DNA from: an uncultured virus (IMG/VR IMGVR_UViG_3300021092_000027)
Taxonomy: Duplodnaviria > Heunggongvirae > Uroviricota > Caudoviricetes
Virus record (IMG/VR): IMGVR_UViG_3300021092_000027
Length of the DNA stretch: 64,000 nucleotides
Strand: one strand, 5' to 3'
The notes under the pieces were generated by a model, which did no database searches, had not been told where the DNA came from, and saw nothing but the letters and a program-made list of their open reading frames with translations. The position numbers and the translations under genes were made by a program. Of the stretch, positions 7,266-16,445 are shown piece by piece. Each line of letters opens with the position of its first letter. Within the stretch, counting starts at the first letter, position 1.

Positions 7266-7480
7266 AGCGTTCCTTCAGTCGGCTTTTGCGTCTACTTTGC
7301 ACGTTTTTGGAGAGATCTGTCTGATCTCCCAGATTAAATCATTCTTTACTTGAATGGGAATGTCCTGTTTGTGAATTCTCCCAGCAATTAATTGTGCTTG
7401 TAAGCAAGTTAGAATGAGTGCTTCCATAGATGAACGATCCGTTCCGAGTCGGCTTACTTCCGTCCCATAGGGATGAACGT
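7266..7480 (-). ncRNA. Tandem glutamine-riboswitch (glnA-family)-like RNA
   Basis: Two CGTTC…GAACG P1 pairs; GGAAGTAA and TGAAG junction motifs; upstream of DUF4278 genes. Confidence 0.75.
7275..7427 (-). CDS. 50-aa ORF embedded in the second aptamer (MEALILTCLQAQLI…CKVDAKAD)
   Basis: Uninterrupted frame from ATG 7427 to TGA 7275. Confidence 0.55.
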   Translation of the reverse strand: MEALILTCLQAQLIAGRIHKQDIPIQVKNDLIWEIRQISPKTCKVDAKAD

Positions 7481-7482
7481 AG

Positions 7483-7517
7483 AGTATATATTAGCATAGT
7501 TTCGTATAAAACTATAC
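7483..7517 (-). promoter_or_regulatory. NtcA-type box over the -35 region plus a -10 element
   Basis: GTA-N8-TAC at 7504-7517; TATACT at 7488-7483. Confidence 0.6.
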
Positions 7518-7539
7518 AAATTTAATAATGATTTAAGAA

Positions 7540-7983
7540 TCAATCTTTCCATGGGTCTGGAAGTGAAGTTCCCAGTCCCTTCTCATCGCTCCCAGAGCCC
7601 ATGCGTCCGTCAGTTGCTTCGGACCCTCGTTCAACAACTGGATTTGAAATGCTGATAGACCAGCCTTCCTCGCCAAATAGTCCCTCCTCCACGATCTCTG
7701 CTTTGGGTCGATTTCGCTCATCTTCTTCCTCCCACTGCTTTTTAATTTCCTCCGCTTGACGATCAACGTCTTGCATCGTAGCTTCAATCTTAGCATCAAA
7801 GTACCACTTCTCCACATAGGAAAAGAGGTACTCAAGAATTATATTCAGAGGTGGTTTCTGTTTTCGAATCCACCTCTTAATTTTCTGTATGTCAGTTTCT
7901 TTTTCTTTGTCTAAGACAATCTCAAAGTTCAAACCCACTGAAGGAATTTGAGGTGATGTCTTGTTTGATTCCTCCGATGACAT
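7540..7983 (-). CDS. Hypothetical protein (start may be the TTG near 7931)
   Basis: Long ORF directly downstream of nrdB. Confidence 0.6.
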   Translation of the reverse strand: MSSEESNKTSPQIPSVGLNFEIVLDKEKETDIQKIKRWIRKQKPPLNIILEYLFSYVEKWYFDAKIEATMQDVDRQAEEIKKQWEEEDERNRPKAEIVEEGLFGEEGWSISISNPVVERGSEATDGRMGSGSDEKGLGTSLPDPWKD

Positions 7984-9094
7984 AACTTTCGATCTCCGTT
8001 TCTTGTGGTGCGTTTTGCTGACCCTTAGAGTTCAACCAATACTGTGTCCAAGGAAGAGGATTGTTATTAGCAGAGACATGATAGATAGGATCAAATCCAA
8101 TCGCTTTCATTCGACGGTTAGCAACCCACTCAACATACTGAGTAAGAAGCTTGTCATTAAGACCGATCATGGAACCATCTTTGAACAGATATTCTGCCCA
8201 GGATCTTTCTTCATCCACAGCATTTTTGAACATCTGAATCACATTCTCTCTTTCCTCCGCAGCGATTTCCAGCATGTCTGGATCGTCGCCTTGATGCCAG
8301 TTTTTGATGATGTTTTGAGTAAGGACAAGATGCTGGTTTTCGTCTCTTGCGATGAGAGAGATAATTTTAGCGGATCCCTCCATAAGTTTGAGCTCACCAA
8401 ACGCAAACGAGCAAGCAAAGGAGACATAGAACCTAATTCCTTCAAGAATGTTGACGTTGACAACTGCTCTGTAGAGTTTCCTCTTGAGGTCTTTGAGACT
8501 TTCTTTTGCTGTGGGGACATTTTCCTGTGCGAAGATCCAATCGTTGCTTGTACCATAATTTTGGGCAGCGTTGATGAGATCATTATAGGAGGAAGTCACC
8601 GTAGCTGCACGGTTTAAAATCTTTTCATCATCAAGAATTGCATCAAAGACCTCTGCAGGATCTGAGTAGACATTCTTGATGATGTAGGTGTAAGAACGGG
8701 AATGGATTTGCTCCATAAATTCCCACACTCCCATGGCACCCTCCAGTTCAGGAAGAGAACAGTAAGGTGAGAATGCCATGCCAGGTCCACGACCCTGAAC
8801 TGAATCTAACATTACCTGATACTTCAGGTTACTGGTGAAGATATGCTTTTGTTCCTTAGTAAGAGTCTGATAGTCTGCTCTATCTTTTTGAAGGGAGACC
8901 TCTTCAGGTCTCCAGAAATAACCCAGTTGTTGTGTTGTTAGTTTGTCGAAGATTGGATATTTGTAGTTATCGTATCTTTGTAATCCGAGAGGAGCACCAA
9001 AGAACATAGGTTGTTTTTTGATGTTGACTTGCTTGGTATTAAATACCGTCATGCCTTGAATATTTGGTTTTGGTAGAGCAGTTAAAAATTCCAT
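7922..9094 (-). CDS. nrdB: Ribonucleotide reductase class Ia beta subunit
   Basis: FWRPEEV, DSVQGR, EQIHSRSY, EGIRFY, RDENQH, APQETEIESY. Confidence 0.97.
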   Translation of the reverse strand: MEFLTALPKPNIQGMTVFNTKQVNIKKQPMFFGAPLGLQRYDNYKYPIFDKLTTQQLGYFWRPEEVSLQKDRADYQTLTKEQKHIFTSNLKYQVMLDSVQGRGPGMAFSPYCSLPELEGAMGVWEFMEQIHSRSYTYIIKNVYSDPAEVFDAILDDEKILNRAATVTSSYNDLINAAQNYGTSNDWIFAQENVPTAKESLKDLKRKLYRAVVNVNILEGIRFYVSFACSFAFGELKLMEGSAKIISLIARDENQHLVLTQNIIKNWHQGDDPDMLEIAAEERENVIQMFKNAVDEERSWAEYLFKDGSMIGLNDKLLTQYVEWVANRRMKAIGFDPIYHVSANNNPLPWTQYWLNSKGQQNAPQETEIESYVIGGIKQDITSNSFSGFEL

Positions 9095-9101
9095 TTGGTT
9101 C

Positions 9102-11405
9102 TCAGATCTTACAGGACTCACAATCATCATCAGCGGTTTCAATCTCAGCGATAAGTGCTTCTAACTGAGATCTCTTGGAATCTATGTCTTCATCAGCATC
9201 TTTTTTAGCGTCGTAGGTGTTCTGATAGTAGCTGGTCTTCCAGCCGTACTTATATGTATTCAAAAGGTCTTGTGCCATTACCGAAGTAGGAACTTCATTA
9301 TCTGGATAATTCTCTGGATTATAGGACCAGTTTCCAGAAATCGCTTGATCGAAGAACTTCTGCATAATAGCGACAATATTAATATACCCAGTATTGCTAG
9401 GCATATCCCAAAGAAGCGTGTAATTGTTCTTAAGTGTTTGGTACTGAGGAACAATCTGCTTAAGCGGACCCTTCTTCGACTTCTTAATGGACAGGTAGTC
9501 TCTAGGAGGTTCAATTCCGTTTGTTGCATTTGACACCACGGAACTGCTTTCCGATGGCATCTGTGCGGACAGTGTGCTGTGTCGCAGTCCGTGTTCCATG
9601 ATAGATGCCCTAAGAGATTCCCAGTCATAGAAATAAGCAGGTGCTACTAATTCGTCAACGTCCTTCTTGTATGTATCGATAGGAAGAATACCATCGGCAT
9701 ACTTCGTGCGATTAAATGCTTCACATGCACCTTTCTCTTTAGCAATCTGATTAGATGCTTTGAGAAGATTATATTGGAATGCTTCAGTGAGTTTATGTAC
9801 CTCAGTGCGAGCTACAATATCATCATACTTAATTTTGTGCTTGGCTAGGTAATGTGCCAGACCGATGTATCCAACACCCAAGGAGCGCCTTGCAAGGGTG
9901 CTACGGCGTGCTGCTGCAACAGGATACTCCTGATAGTCAATCAACTCTTCCAATCCTCTTACAGTAAGATCACAGAGTTCTTCCATCTCACTGAGGTGAT
10001 TGATCTTTCCAACGTTGATGGCAGACAAGATACAAAGGGCGATCTCACCATCAGCATCATCGATATGATTGATAGGATCTGTAGGAAGAGTAATCTCCTG
10101 ACACAGGTTGGACATGTTCACCTTATCCTTAAAGGAAGAGTGAGAGTTGCAGTGGTCAATATTCATAATGTAGATGCGACCAGTCTCTGCTCTCTCCTTT
10201 AAAAGATCCAGAAAGAGTTCTTGAGCTCTGACAGTCTTTCTTGGAAGAGACTGATCTCGTTCATAAGACTCATATAAGTCGTCAAATCGATCAGTGCCAA
10301 AAGCATCATACAGACCAGGAACGTCGTGTGGAGAGAAGAGGGAAATCTCTCTATCTTGGATGAATCTCGCATAGAAAAGTTTGGAGATTTGAATGCTGTA
10401 ATCTAGCTTACGGACCCTATTATCTTCGGTTCCTTTATTGTTCTTGAGTACAATAATATCTTCTATTTCTTTGTGCCAGATTGGGAAGTGGACTGTTGCG
10501 CTTCCACCTCGGATGCCATTTTGAGTGCAGCATCGGACAGTTGCTTCAAACTTTTTGAGAAACGGTACAACGCCAGTGTGCTGGACTTCACCACCTCTAA
10601 TTTTGCTGTTGATACCACGGATGCGACCTGCGTTGATACCGATGCCCGCCCTTTGTGCAACATATCTGCCAATAGCCATATCGCTACTAAAGATACTATC
10701 GAGGGTGTCATCAACATCAACAAGAACACAGCTAGCGAATTGTCTAAGTGGCGTTCGCACTCCTGCCATGATGGGGGTTGGAATGTTGATTTTGTGCTTG
10801 CTGATTGCGCTGTAGTATCGACGGACATAATCGATCCTGGTTTCCTTAGGATAATTTTGGAACAGGGTAAGAGCGATCATCATGTACATAAACTGAGGAG
10901 TTTCGTAGTGGACTCCCGAGCTTCTATCCTGGACAAGATATTTATCCACTACTTGTCGCAATCCAGCATATGTAAACAGAAAGTCACGATCGTGATCGAT
11001 GAATCTATTCAGAACATCCCATTCTTCAGCAGAATATTTTGCAAGAATAGTCTTGTCATATACTCCTCTTTCAACACAAAGTTGTACCTGATCTACAAGA
11101 CCAGGAAATTCTTCAGGGTGTCCAAAGACAGACTTCCTCAAACCAAAAAGAAGTAGCCTTGAAGCTACGTATTGGTAGTTTGGGTTGTCTAGAGTAATCA
11201 AATCCGAAGCAGATCGAATCAAGATCTCTTGGATTTGACTTGTCTTGATGCCATCAAAAAATTGCAGACCGCTATTGATTTCTACTTGAGATGGGGAGAC
11301 TCCTGCAAGACCTTCACATGCCAGGTCCACCATCTTATGAACCTTGTCAAGATTAATGGGCTCAGTTCTACCATCTCTCTTAACAACTTTGATTCCGTTA
11401 CTCAT
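9102..11405 (-). CDS. nrdA: Ribonucleotide reductase class Ia alpha subunit
   Basis: ATP cone VVKRDG, QFASCVL, SNLCQEI, KTSYY, C-terminal CESCKI. Confidence 0.98.
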   Translation of the reverse strand: MSNGIKVVKRDGRTEPINLDKVHKMVDLACEGLAGVSPSQVEINSGLQFFDGIKTSQIQEILIRSASDLITLDNPNYQYVASRLLLFGLRKSVFGHPEEFPGLVDQVQLCVERGVYDKTILAKYSAEEWDVLNRFIDHDRDFLFTYAGLRQVVDKYLVQDRSSGVHYETPQFMYMMIALTLFQNYPKETRIDYVRRYYSAISKHKINIPTPIMAGVRTPLRQFASCVLVDVDDTLDSIFSSDMAIGRYVAQRAGIGINAGRIRGINSKIRGGEVQHTGVVPFLKKFEATVRCCTQNGIRGGSATVHFPIWHKEIEDIIVLKNNKGTEDNRVRKLDYSIQISKLFYARFIQDREISLFSPHDVPGLYDAFGTDRFDDLYESYERDQSLPRKTVRAQELFLDLLKERAETGRIYIMNIDHCNSHSSFKDKVNMSNLCQEITLPTDPINHIDDADGEIALCILSAINVGKINHLSEMEELCDLTVRGLEELIDYQEYPVAAARRSTLARRSLGVGYIGLAHYLAKHKIKYDDIVARTEVHKLTEAFQYNLLKASNQIAKEKGACEAFNRTKYADGILPIDTYKKDVDELVAPAYFYDWESLRASIMEHGLRHSTLSAQMPSESSSVVSNATNGIEPPRDYLSIKKSKKGPLKQIVPQYQTLKNNYTLLWDMPSNTGYINIVAIMQKFFDQAISGNWSYNPENYPDNEVPTSVMAQDLLNTYKYGWKTSYYQNTYDAKKDADEDIDSKRSQLEALIAEIETADDDCESCKI

Positions 11406-12397
11406 ACTTTCCAATCTGTAAGTTTTAACTTTGCTTCTAGCCCTTGATAGATGTTAGATTCTATCACATCTTTGGCATTAATGCCAGCTTTAACCATGTC
11501 ATTAATATCCTTTTCGTGAATACCCTTTGGCCAAATAACCACTGGATATCCAGAATCTATTGCTTTCTCAATTCGATCTGTAATTTGTTTGTTTCTCGGT
11601 TCATTATCAAAGATGTATACAAGATTATAGTTGAATCCACTGAGATCTACATCAGCACCACACATGGCGATGCTGTTTTCTAAGAATAGAGAATCGAATG
11701 GTCCTTCAACAACGTATACGGTTTCATCATTCTTTACTCGATCAAGACCAAAAACCTTTGGGGCATCTTCATCTAGCATGATGGTGATATAACGCATTCT
11801 TGCGTCTGGTTCTAGAGATCTTCCCTGGTATCCGAATAGATTTCCTTCCTTGTCTTTGAGTGGAATGATGATGCGTTCATCGTCTTTGTTGGTATCCGAG
11901 AATGTTTCCTTTTGTTTATTCGTCCACTCTTTGAATTTTGGACAGAAATAAAACTCCTTTAATTTTTCTTCTGGAATACCTCTACCAAGCAAATATGCCC
12001 GAGCTGGGTGAAAGTTATTTAGCTCAGATATTGGTGTAAGGTCTATTACTTTTTTTGATTTGAAGACAGGCGTATCAAAGGTCGGAAGGGTTGGTTTGGG
12101 AATAGGAGTTCCCTTACCAGTATGACCTTCACTATAGTGTTCCATCAGATACTCATCATAAAGATGAGGCACCTGCTCCTTTATGAAGTTAGAAAAGGAT
12201 CTACCTACGCCACAGTTATGGCACTTGTAAAAATAATCAGCCCTCTTCTTAACAAGATAACCCCTAGCTTTGTTTCGGTGCTTTTGAGAGTCACCGCAGT
12301 AGGGGCATCGGAAGTTATATACTCCAGGTTTTTTCTTGGAGAACTTATCTAAAAAGGAGGACGAAAGACTTATGTACTTTTCGTCAATAAAACTCAT
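11402..12397 (-). CDS. gp61: DNA primase (T4 gp61-like)
   Basis: Zn finger CPYCGDS…CHNC; TOPRIM EGPFDS, DNEPRN, KDIND. Confidence 0.95.
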   Translation of the reverse strand: MSFIDEKYISLSSSFLDKFSKKKPGVYNFRCPYCGDSQKHRNKARGYLVKKRADYFYKCHNCGVGRSFSNFIKEQVPHLYDEYLMEHYSEGHTGKGTPIPKPTLPTFDTPVFKSKKVIDLTPISELNNFHPARAYLLGRGIPEEKLKEFYFCPKFKEWTNKQKETFSDTNKDDERIIIPLKDKEGNLFGYQGRSLEPDARMRYITIMLDEDAPKVFGLDRVKNDETVYVVEGPFDSLFLENSIAMCGADVDLSGFNYNLVYIFDNEPRNKQITDRIEKAIDSGYPVVIWPKGIHEKDINDMVKAGINAKDVIESNIYQGLEAKLKLTDWKV

Positions 12398-12783
12398 CTA
12401 GGCAACTTTGTCTCTGCCTGAATATTAGCACTGTCTGGGGAAGGAGTCAAGATGGGTTTAAGAATTCTAATACCAGCGTCGGAAACCATAAACGTGAGAA
12501 CAGCGAAAGCTCCAGCGATGCTCCACAGTTTCTTTTCCAATTCTCTGATACGTCCATCAACAAGTTTGATGTCACGCTCACATCCTTTTTTGATTTCGTC
12601 AGTCTTTTCGTGAAGATCTTTATGTATATGTTCTATCTTCTCAAATAAGATGTCATCTGCCTTTTCTTGCTTATCAAGTTTCTCTTGATGAACAGCGAGA
12701 AGCTGCCCCATCTTAATAGAGTTATCTTGAAGTGAAGCTACTATTCTTTCTAGTCTGTCAATAATGGCAGAGTTAGCATCCAT
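12394..12783 (-). CDS. Coiled-coil protein with C-terminal hydrophobic segment
   Basis: 129 aa; LLAVHQEKL; ELEKKLW followed by a TM-like stretch. Confidence 0.75.
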   Translation of the reverse strand: MDANSAIIDRLERIVASLQDNSIKMGQLLAVHQEKLDKQEKADDILFEKIEHIHKDLHEKTDEIKKGCERDIKLVDGRIRELEKKLWSIAGAFAVLTFMVSDAGIRILKPILTPSPDSANIQAETKLPR

Positions 12784-12821
12784 CGTACAAAAAAGCTGAT
12801 TGGAATCAAAATATATTTATT

Positions 12822-13571
12822 TCAAAAGTATATTCTATAAATCCCATTACAATTTACACCATGTCCTTGTAGGGTAATTCTTTTATCATTTGCTGACAAA
12901 TTTTTACCAGGAGCAATTTGATGTAGTACATGCCCAGTATGATAAAAAAGTTTTCCAACTTCATACTCTATGATTTTTGGGGTTGGAACTTGATTTTCTT
13001 TATCTCTAGGATCTTGAAAATTGAAAGTAGATATTTGATCAGCAGTAAGATCTATACTATCCCATAGATATAAAGATCCTCCTGTTTTTGGCAACTCCAA
13101 AGAAAGCGTAAAAGAAAATAAATCATTATAATCAATTGGACCAAATTTATTCCAAACATTATAATGCTCCTGATATTGGATATCAACATGCAAAGAAGCT
13201 AATGGTTTTTGCATCGCTTTCAGTGCAGAAGGAAGCATCATTTCTCCTAACTTTGAACCAAAAATATGAAACCCAGGATATGCAACTTCCGAAAGTAACT
13301 CACAAGGTCCAAAGTGATCGGATAATTTTTTCAAGACAATATCATACAACCAAGAAAAATTCTTGAGTAGTATTGGATTTAAAAGTTTCCTATGCTTGTG
13401 GTACTGCTCTTGACTTCTACACGCATCAATATAAGTTACAGCACCTAACGTATAAAAAGGAACAGGATCAGGAGATCTCCTGATCCAAACCTTGTTTAAT
13501 TTGTGAACTACCTCGACAGATTGCTTAGCTTCAGATTCACTCAATACATCAATATATCCAAAGGGCATCAC
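12822..13571 (-). CDS. 2OG-Fe(II) oxygenase-like protein
   Basis: LHVD, HQIAP, RITLQGH; AT-rich. Confidence 0.75.
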   Translation of the reverse strand: MMPFGYIDVLSESEAKQSVEVVHKLNKVWIRRSPDPVPFYTLGAVTYIDACRSQEQYHKHRKLLNPILLKNFSWLYDIVLKKLSDHFGPCELLSEVAYPGFHIFGSKLGEMMLPSALKAMQKPLASLHVDIQYQEHYNVWNKFGPIDYNDLFSFTLSLELPKTGGSLYLWDSIDLTADQISTFNFQDPRDKENQVPTPKIIEYEVGKLFYHTGHVLHQIAPGKNLSANDKRITLQGHGVNCNGIYRIYF

Positions 13572-14296
13572 ATTTGCATGAAGTTGATAACAAAGTCTGC
13601 GCTTGATGGAAGAAGATTAATAAACTTTTCCATATTTTCTTCGCTGAGTTCTTCAAATCTAGCGATGAATTGTCCTGCCATCTCAGCAGTAACTTCCAGT
13701 TCGCTCTCGTCGTTAAAGAAATAGTATACTGGATTTTGATTCTCTTCTTTGAGTTGACTTAAAAACGATTCAAGATAAGTCAAACCATCAAAGTCATATG
13801 AATTATTTTGTGCTTGCCTCTGCAGTTGCTGTGCGAGACTTTGCTGACGTGCTTTTGCTTTCTTCTGATAGTCAGTAGACTTAGCACGAGAAATTAATTG
13901 AATCTCTTGCTTACGATTTGCTGCACGCTTTTCACGCTCTTGCTTCTTCAGAACCTTACGTTTCTGAGCGATGAATTTATAAGCTTGTTTGGTTGTTTCT
14001 CCACCACTCGATGAAGAACTAGATCCTTCAGCTTCAAGAATTGTTTCTTCTGACATTTTTCTTTTGCGTTTAGCGAGACGTTTAATAAGTTTGCGAGCAG
14101 CTTGACTCCTACCATCTATATAGGTAGGATCATTTCTACGACGTTCCCACTGTTTACCAGCGGCTTCCATTTTCTTACGTTTTTTAGTTGCCCTTTTGGA
14201 AAATTTCATGATTGGATCGACGCCAGCGATGGCACCTTGCCCAGTCGTAGGTGTATTAATAGGACCAACGTTTGTAATTCCTGCAGATCCCATCAT
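13568..14296 (-). CDS. Hypothetical basic protein with a gp23-like N-terminal arm
   Basis: 242 aa; residues 8-29 match gp23 of this genome. Confidence 0.8.
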   Translation of the reverse strand: MMGSAGITNVGPINTPTTGQGAIAGVDPIMKFSKRATKKRKKMEAAGKQWERRRNDPTYIDGRSQAARKLIKRLAKRKRKMSEETILEAEGSSSSSSGGETTKQAYKFIAQKRKVLKKQEREKRAANRKQEIQLISRAKSTDYQKKAKARQQSLAQQLQRQAQNNSYDFDGLTYLESFLSQLKEENQNPVYYFFNDESELEVTAEMAGQFIARFEELSEENMEKFINLLPSSADFVINFMQM

Positions 14297-14664
14297 AACT
14301 TTTTCAACTCCTCTATTATTTCATCGTTGATTTTGATTTCCCTTAGGCTTGTAGTATCTGGTTCTGGATATCTACTCAGGAAAATCATGAGCGATTTCAA
14401 AATTGACCAGAACTCCTTTTCCATTTTGAAAAATAGGAGAGGAGTTGCAGCTTCACCAAAAACATTATACAGTATGATGATATGATTTAAAAGAAGATTT
14501 AACTTAATCTCCTCACCCTTTGAATACTTTTTTAAGAGGCGCTTTATGTATTTAAAGCGCCTCAAGTCTTCAAAGAAATCCTCTTTGGTTGCTGCCTGAG
14601 GATTGTCATAATTTCTAATGGCGAAGAGAAGATAATTATCTTCATTCAATTCATCAAATCTCAT
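14293..14664 (-). CDS. Conserved T4-like hypothetical protein (MRFDELNEDNYLLFAI…LNHIIILYNVFG)
   Basis: 123 aa; motif recognised from T4-like phages. Confidence 0.8.
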   Translation of the reverse strand: MRFDELNEDNYLLFAIRNYDNPQAATKEDFFEDLRRFKYIKRLLKKYSKGEEIKLNLLLNHIIILYNVFGEAATPLLFFKMEKEFWSILKSLMIFLSRYPEPDTTSLREIKINDEIIEELKKL

Positions 14665-14673
14665 TACAAGTTA

Positions 14674-15291
14674 TCAGGTTCCAAAGGTCAGAGTTGCAGC
14701 GCCATTAGAAATCACTTCTTCTGTACCGCCAGTAGAAGTGACTTTAACGCGATACTTGTAACCATTAAGGGTAGCACCTGCAAGACCGCTATATGCGAGA
14801 GTTGCTGTTGTGAAACCAGCATAGGTGATACCGCTATCAAGAGAGGCAGTGATATCGGTCCAACGACTGCCAGTTGCGGTTTGACGCTGCCACTGATAAA
14901 CAAGAGTTCCAGGAGTTCCAGTTGTCGTTGTAGTAAGGGTGAATGAACCAGCACCAGAGGAAGAAGTGGAACTTGCAGGTTGAACAGTAATAGTTACTGA
15001 CGATGCTACGTCTGCTGCGTATGCGTCATCAGCGAGAGTCTCATCAGCGTTAGCTTCAGGACCAGCAACTACAACCATCAGTTCTGCTTTGTGACGGGTG
15101 TTACCGTGCATGTCGGTATAGGTATCATACGCCCACCAACCTGGAGAAGTCAAACCGCGAGACTTGTTCTCCTCAAGCTGAGCTTCAGTGTCATCGATGA
15201 AAACAATTATTTTTGTGTTTGAGTCTGAAACAACACCACGACCAGCCTTAGTCTGGTTCTCGGTGCTGTCCGTTCTTCCGTATAAGGACAT
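14674..15291 (-). CDS. Virion structural protein with C-terminal Ig-like domain
   Basis: ITVQP…YQWQ…YKYRVKV…ATLT pattern; TATAAATA late promoter upstream. Confidence 0.75.
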   Translation of the reverse strand: MSLYGRTDSTENQTKAGRGVVSDSNTKIIVFIDDTEAQLEENKSRGLTSPGWWAYDTYTDMHGNTRHKAELMVVVAGPEANADETLADDAYAADVASSVTITVQPASSTSSSGAGSFTLTTTTTGTPGTLVYQWQRQTATGSRWTDITASLDSGITYAGFTTATLAYSGLAGATLNGYKYRVKVTSTGGTEEVISNGAATLTFGT

Positions 15292-15323
15292 GGTTTCTCC
15301 AGGTTTAACGAATATCTATATTT

Positions 15324-15357
15324 TATTTATAAAAAGGGAGACCTTATTTGTCTCTCA
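15324..15357 (-). promoter_or_regulatory. Terminator hairpin followed by a T4 late promoter
   Basis: GAGAGAC…GTCTCCCTTTT then TATAAATA on the minus strand. Confidence 0.65.
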
Positions 15358-15361
15358 AATA

Positions 15362-15541
15362 TCATGCTTCGGCTTGTGGTTTAAACAGAAGTTGCTTAAC
15401 AGTAACAAGAACCATGTCGTCAATACTATTGTCAGTTGTCTTTACATACTTAGTTAAAAGATCAATCACAAGATTCTTAACAGCTGGGTGTGTCGCAAGT
15501 TGCATAATAATTGGTTTTACGACCGATACTACTGCGCCCAT
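15362..15541 (-). CDS. Small hypothetical protein (…KYVKTTDNSIDD…)
   Basis: 59 aa ORF on the minus strand, not in the track. Confidence 0.7.
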   Translation of the reverse strand: MGAVVSVVKPIIMQLATHPAVKNLVIDLLTKYVKTTDNSIDDMVLVTVKQLLFKPQAEA

Positions 15542-15563
15542 GTTTTAATCCAAACTCTACAGT

Positions 15564-16262
15564 TTATATAGCATCTGGATCCTCTTCTAGAAGAGCTATG
15601 CCATGTTTTGTTAACTGTTCAATACTATAATCGAGAATGACAATAATCCTGTCATGACTTCCCTCATGCTTAACCCAGTGCTTGTCATGATCTTTGAATG
15701 CAAAAACCTCACCGACATTCCATACTCTTCTTCTTCCTCTGACTTTAATCCATGCGCCAGGATCTGTAACGACAGGAAAGTGAATACGGAGTGAATCGAT
15801 GTCTCCACAGTGAGGATTAATAATTGTTCCTGGAGAAAGACGAGAAATAGTTGCAGACTTTAAAAGTTTATTATCAATATCTTCCTGTAAGTATTTAAAG
15901 GTAAGAGGACAAGTTTTAATAAAACTTTGTCTTATTAAAGGAAGAATCTCTTGACATCTTTCTGTTGTGGTATTGAATAGCTTTGTGAAAGTAACCATCT
16001 CACTGAGCTCAAAGTCCTCATCAGTTGCAGTGGTTCCCACACAGTTAATTGGGAATGGAATAACTCTCCAGTCACCATCCCACAACTTAACTCTACCAAG
16101 GTTACGATCATCAACCCATTTATCCAAGCGCCATTCATCAAGTATTCGTTGATTGTCTTCAACGAAACTTAAAACTTCTGGGATAATGTCTTGATAATAT
16201 GTTTGAAGATTACGAAAAGAGGATAGCGTTTGAATGCTATCCTCATGCCAAATTTTTCTCAT
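15564..16262 (-). CDS. Aspartyl/asparaginyl beta-hydroxylase-like oxygenase
   Basis: PGTIINPHCG, LRIHFP, HWVKH, RIIVILD. Confidence 0.8.
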   Translation of the reverse strand: MRKIWHEDSIQTLSSFRNLQTYYQDIIPEVLSFVEDNQRILDEWRLDKWVDDRNLGRVKLWDGDWRVIPFPINCVGTTATDEDFELSEMVTFTKLFNTTTERCQEILPLIRQSFIKTCPLTFKYLQEDIDNKLLKSATISRLSPGTIINPHCGDIDSLRIHFPVVTDPGAWIKVRGRRRVWNVGEVFAFKDHDKHWVKHEGSHDRIIVILDYSIEQLTKHGIALLEEDPDAI

Positions 16263-16265
16263 ATA

Positions 16266-16445
16266 TTATCTTTGCTCTGGGCAACCCTTAGTTCCATGTA
16301 CGGGACATTCTACACCTTCTTTGGTGTGATTGCAAGCCGCTTCTACTTTTTGTTTAGGTGCCTTTGGCATCTTTTTGTCGCCTTGCTTCTGTCCCTCTGG
16401 GTCTTCGATCTCAGGCATGATCTCAACGGGACCGACTACTTTTTT
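16266..16445 (-). CDS. Cys/His-containing ORF, possibly a -1 frameshift extension of 16436..17854
   Basis: The -1 frame is open from A AAA AAG to TAA at 16266; CNHT…CPVHG…CP. Confidence 0.55.
   Translation of the reverse strand, partial: KKVVGPVEIMPEIEDPEGQKQGDKKMPKAPKQKVEAACNHTKEGVECPVHGTKGCPEQR

Noticed and set aside
7922..11405. Introns, inteins or homing-endonuclease insertions in nrdA/nrdB (also checked gp41, gp43, gp17, gp20)
   Set aside because: All frames are continuous, of ordinary length, and show no intein end motifs
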